DNA of 64,000 nt from Chrysemys picta bellii (taxonomy: Eukaryota): contig NC_088791.1 in NCBI RefSeq assembly GCF_011386835.1, positions 283,712,001-283,776,000 of the forward strand, in the 5' to 3' direction. Of the stretch, positions 62,501-64,000 are shown piece by piece (within the stretch, counting starts at the first letter, position 1; every line of letters begins with the position of its first letter). The position numbers and the translations under genes are program-made. Under the pieces are notes generated by a model. The model saw only the letters and a program-made list of their open reading frames with translations. It searched no databases and had not been told where the DNA came from.

Positions 62501-64000
62501 CTGTTTGGATCTCCCGCCACAATCCAGTTCCCTATTCCCTCAGCATGGGTCTGCGGCCCAATTCTCACTTCATTCAGCACTGGGGATTCTATTTTTCAGA
62601 TGAAAAATTGCTTGCTAAAAGAGAGAGATACTGTCACCACATAAAGGTTTTTCAATTCCTTTTTCCTTTTATAGGGACAAACCATGCCTTGAAGAGATGC
62701 AGAGACATTCTATCCCACAGGAAACAGAAATTTCCATATCACTTCAGACCAGAGGTCCATAGAGTCTGGTGTCCTGTCACTGGACAGTTGTCAGTACCAG
62801 ATCTTTCAAAGGTAGGTTCAAGAAATAACATTATGGTCAACTATGGAATGCCTTTCCCATTTGGAAATTTCTTCCCACAAGTAAATTACTTCATAACTCT
62901 TGGAACTCCCAATGTGTTCGGGGGGACATACTAACTACCACACCTCATTGTTGGGTGCAGTCTTCTCCTCCCTGAATGCTAGTCCCTCTCCACAGAATGG
63001 TGAGCCAAGGAAAACATGACTCCATCTCATCACCACCCATCCCTGCTCCTTTTCACTATGCTGGGCACATTAGCGCTGAAAAAAAATTGTGCTTCCTTGA
63101 GCTATCGGACTGTGATTTTGTCTAGGTCTTATACAGGCTGCATATATGGAAAAGATTACTTGAGTTTCCCTCAAAACTTAATGCTACATAAGGGCAGGCA
63201 AAATCTGGGACTCTAGTCACCATGATCCCTGCTTTTCACCATTCTGAATAACTGTTATTAATTTTTATTTATTTTGAAGAGGGAAATGGAGAATGCCTGA
63301 GGGAATTTCAGTTAGCAGGATATATTTACCCAAATTCCGATCAAGCTATGCCAGTAGCTCAATTGACAATGATTCCACAGGTGGATTAATGACGATAGGT
63401 GGTCTGAACCTCAGTTTTACATCTGAAATGAGGAAAAGAATATACCTCTACATAAAGTATACCTGCTCTAGATGAAGGTTAAACACAATAACCCAACCCA
63501 AACTAAGATTATTTACATAAAACACATGTTCTGATATGAAAGGATTTATTCAATATAGCTGATTTCCACTGGCAATTATTTAAATGGATGCACAGCTTGT
63601 CTGTGGGAGGTATGGGTTTACTGAAAAATACTTTTCTGCCCAAAATCAGTAATTGCTTAGAATTAACGATCGATTTATTAATTAACAACCAGTGGCAAGT
63701 CTCAATTTCAAAGGAATTTTTCAAAATATTTCTTTGGGCTTCCTAATTACATACTAATATTAATTAATGAAGGGAAAAAAGATTGATGTTATAAAACATG
63801 CTAAGTGGGTTTCAGCTAGATATAAAAAGATGATGAGAGAGCAGCAGTTCAAAAAGTTATTAATTTCCTGACACTTCAGATGAGATTTTTAGAAAGTTAG
63901 AAAGGCCTTATTTTGTCCCCTTTGAAGTCAATCTTGATTCCTGAGGCCTGATTCCTATTTACACACTGGCCCTTTTTCACTGCTGTGAAAAGATAAAGTC

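Overview
This is repeat-rich vertebrate nuclear DNA, almost certainly from a turtle. The evidence is three copies of the tRNA-derived tortoise PolIII/SINE, together with CR1, L2, RTE and Penelope-like retroelements and many hAT- and Harbinger-type MITEs. I found no host protein-coding exon I can support, so the window reads as intergenic or deep intronic. Nearly all ORFs in the track are by-products of GC-rich palindromic MITEs or decayed LINEs. The best-supported structure is a 5'-truncated Penelope-like element (40155-42428) with RT and GIY-YIG remnants, an inverted pLTR copy at its 5' end, a 14-bp flanking direct repeat and a minimal hammerhead ribozyme. The inverted copy lacks exactly the 7 nt covering the predicted cleavage site. 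The most unexpected pattern is in one palindromic hAT MITE family: several copies have normal 8-bp TSDs, but at two places the TSD halves appear reverse-complemented on a neighbouring copy, which suggests MITE-bounded inversions (about 4.1 kb at 19.5-23.6 kb and about 0.4 kb at 58.4-58.8 kb). These inversions are hypotheses, family names were assigned by eye without database searches, and boundaries of old elements are approximate. I did not find a clearly new biological system.
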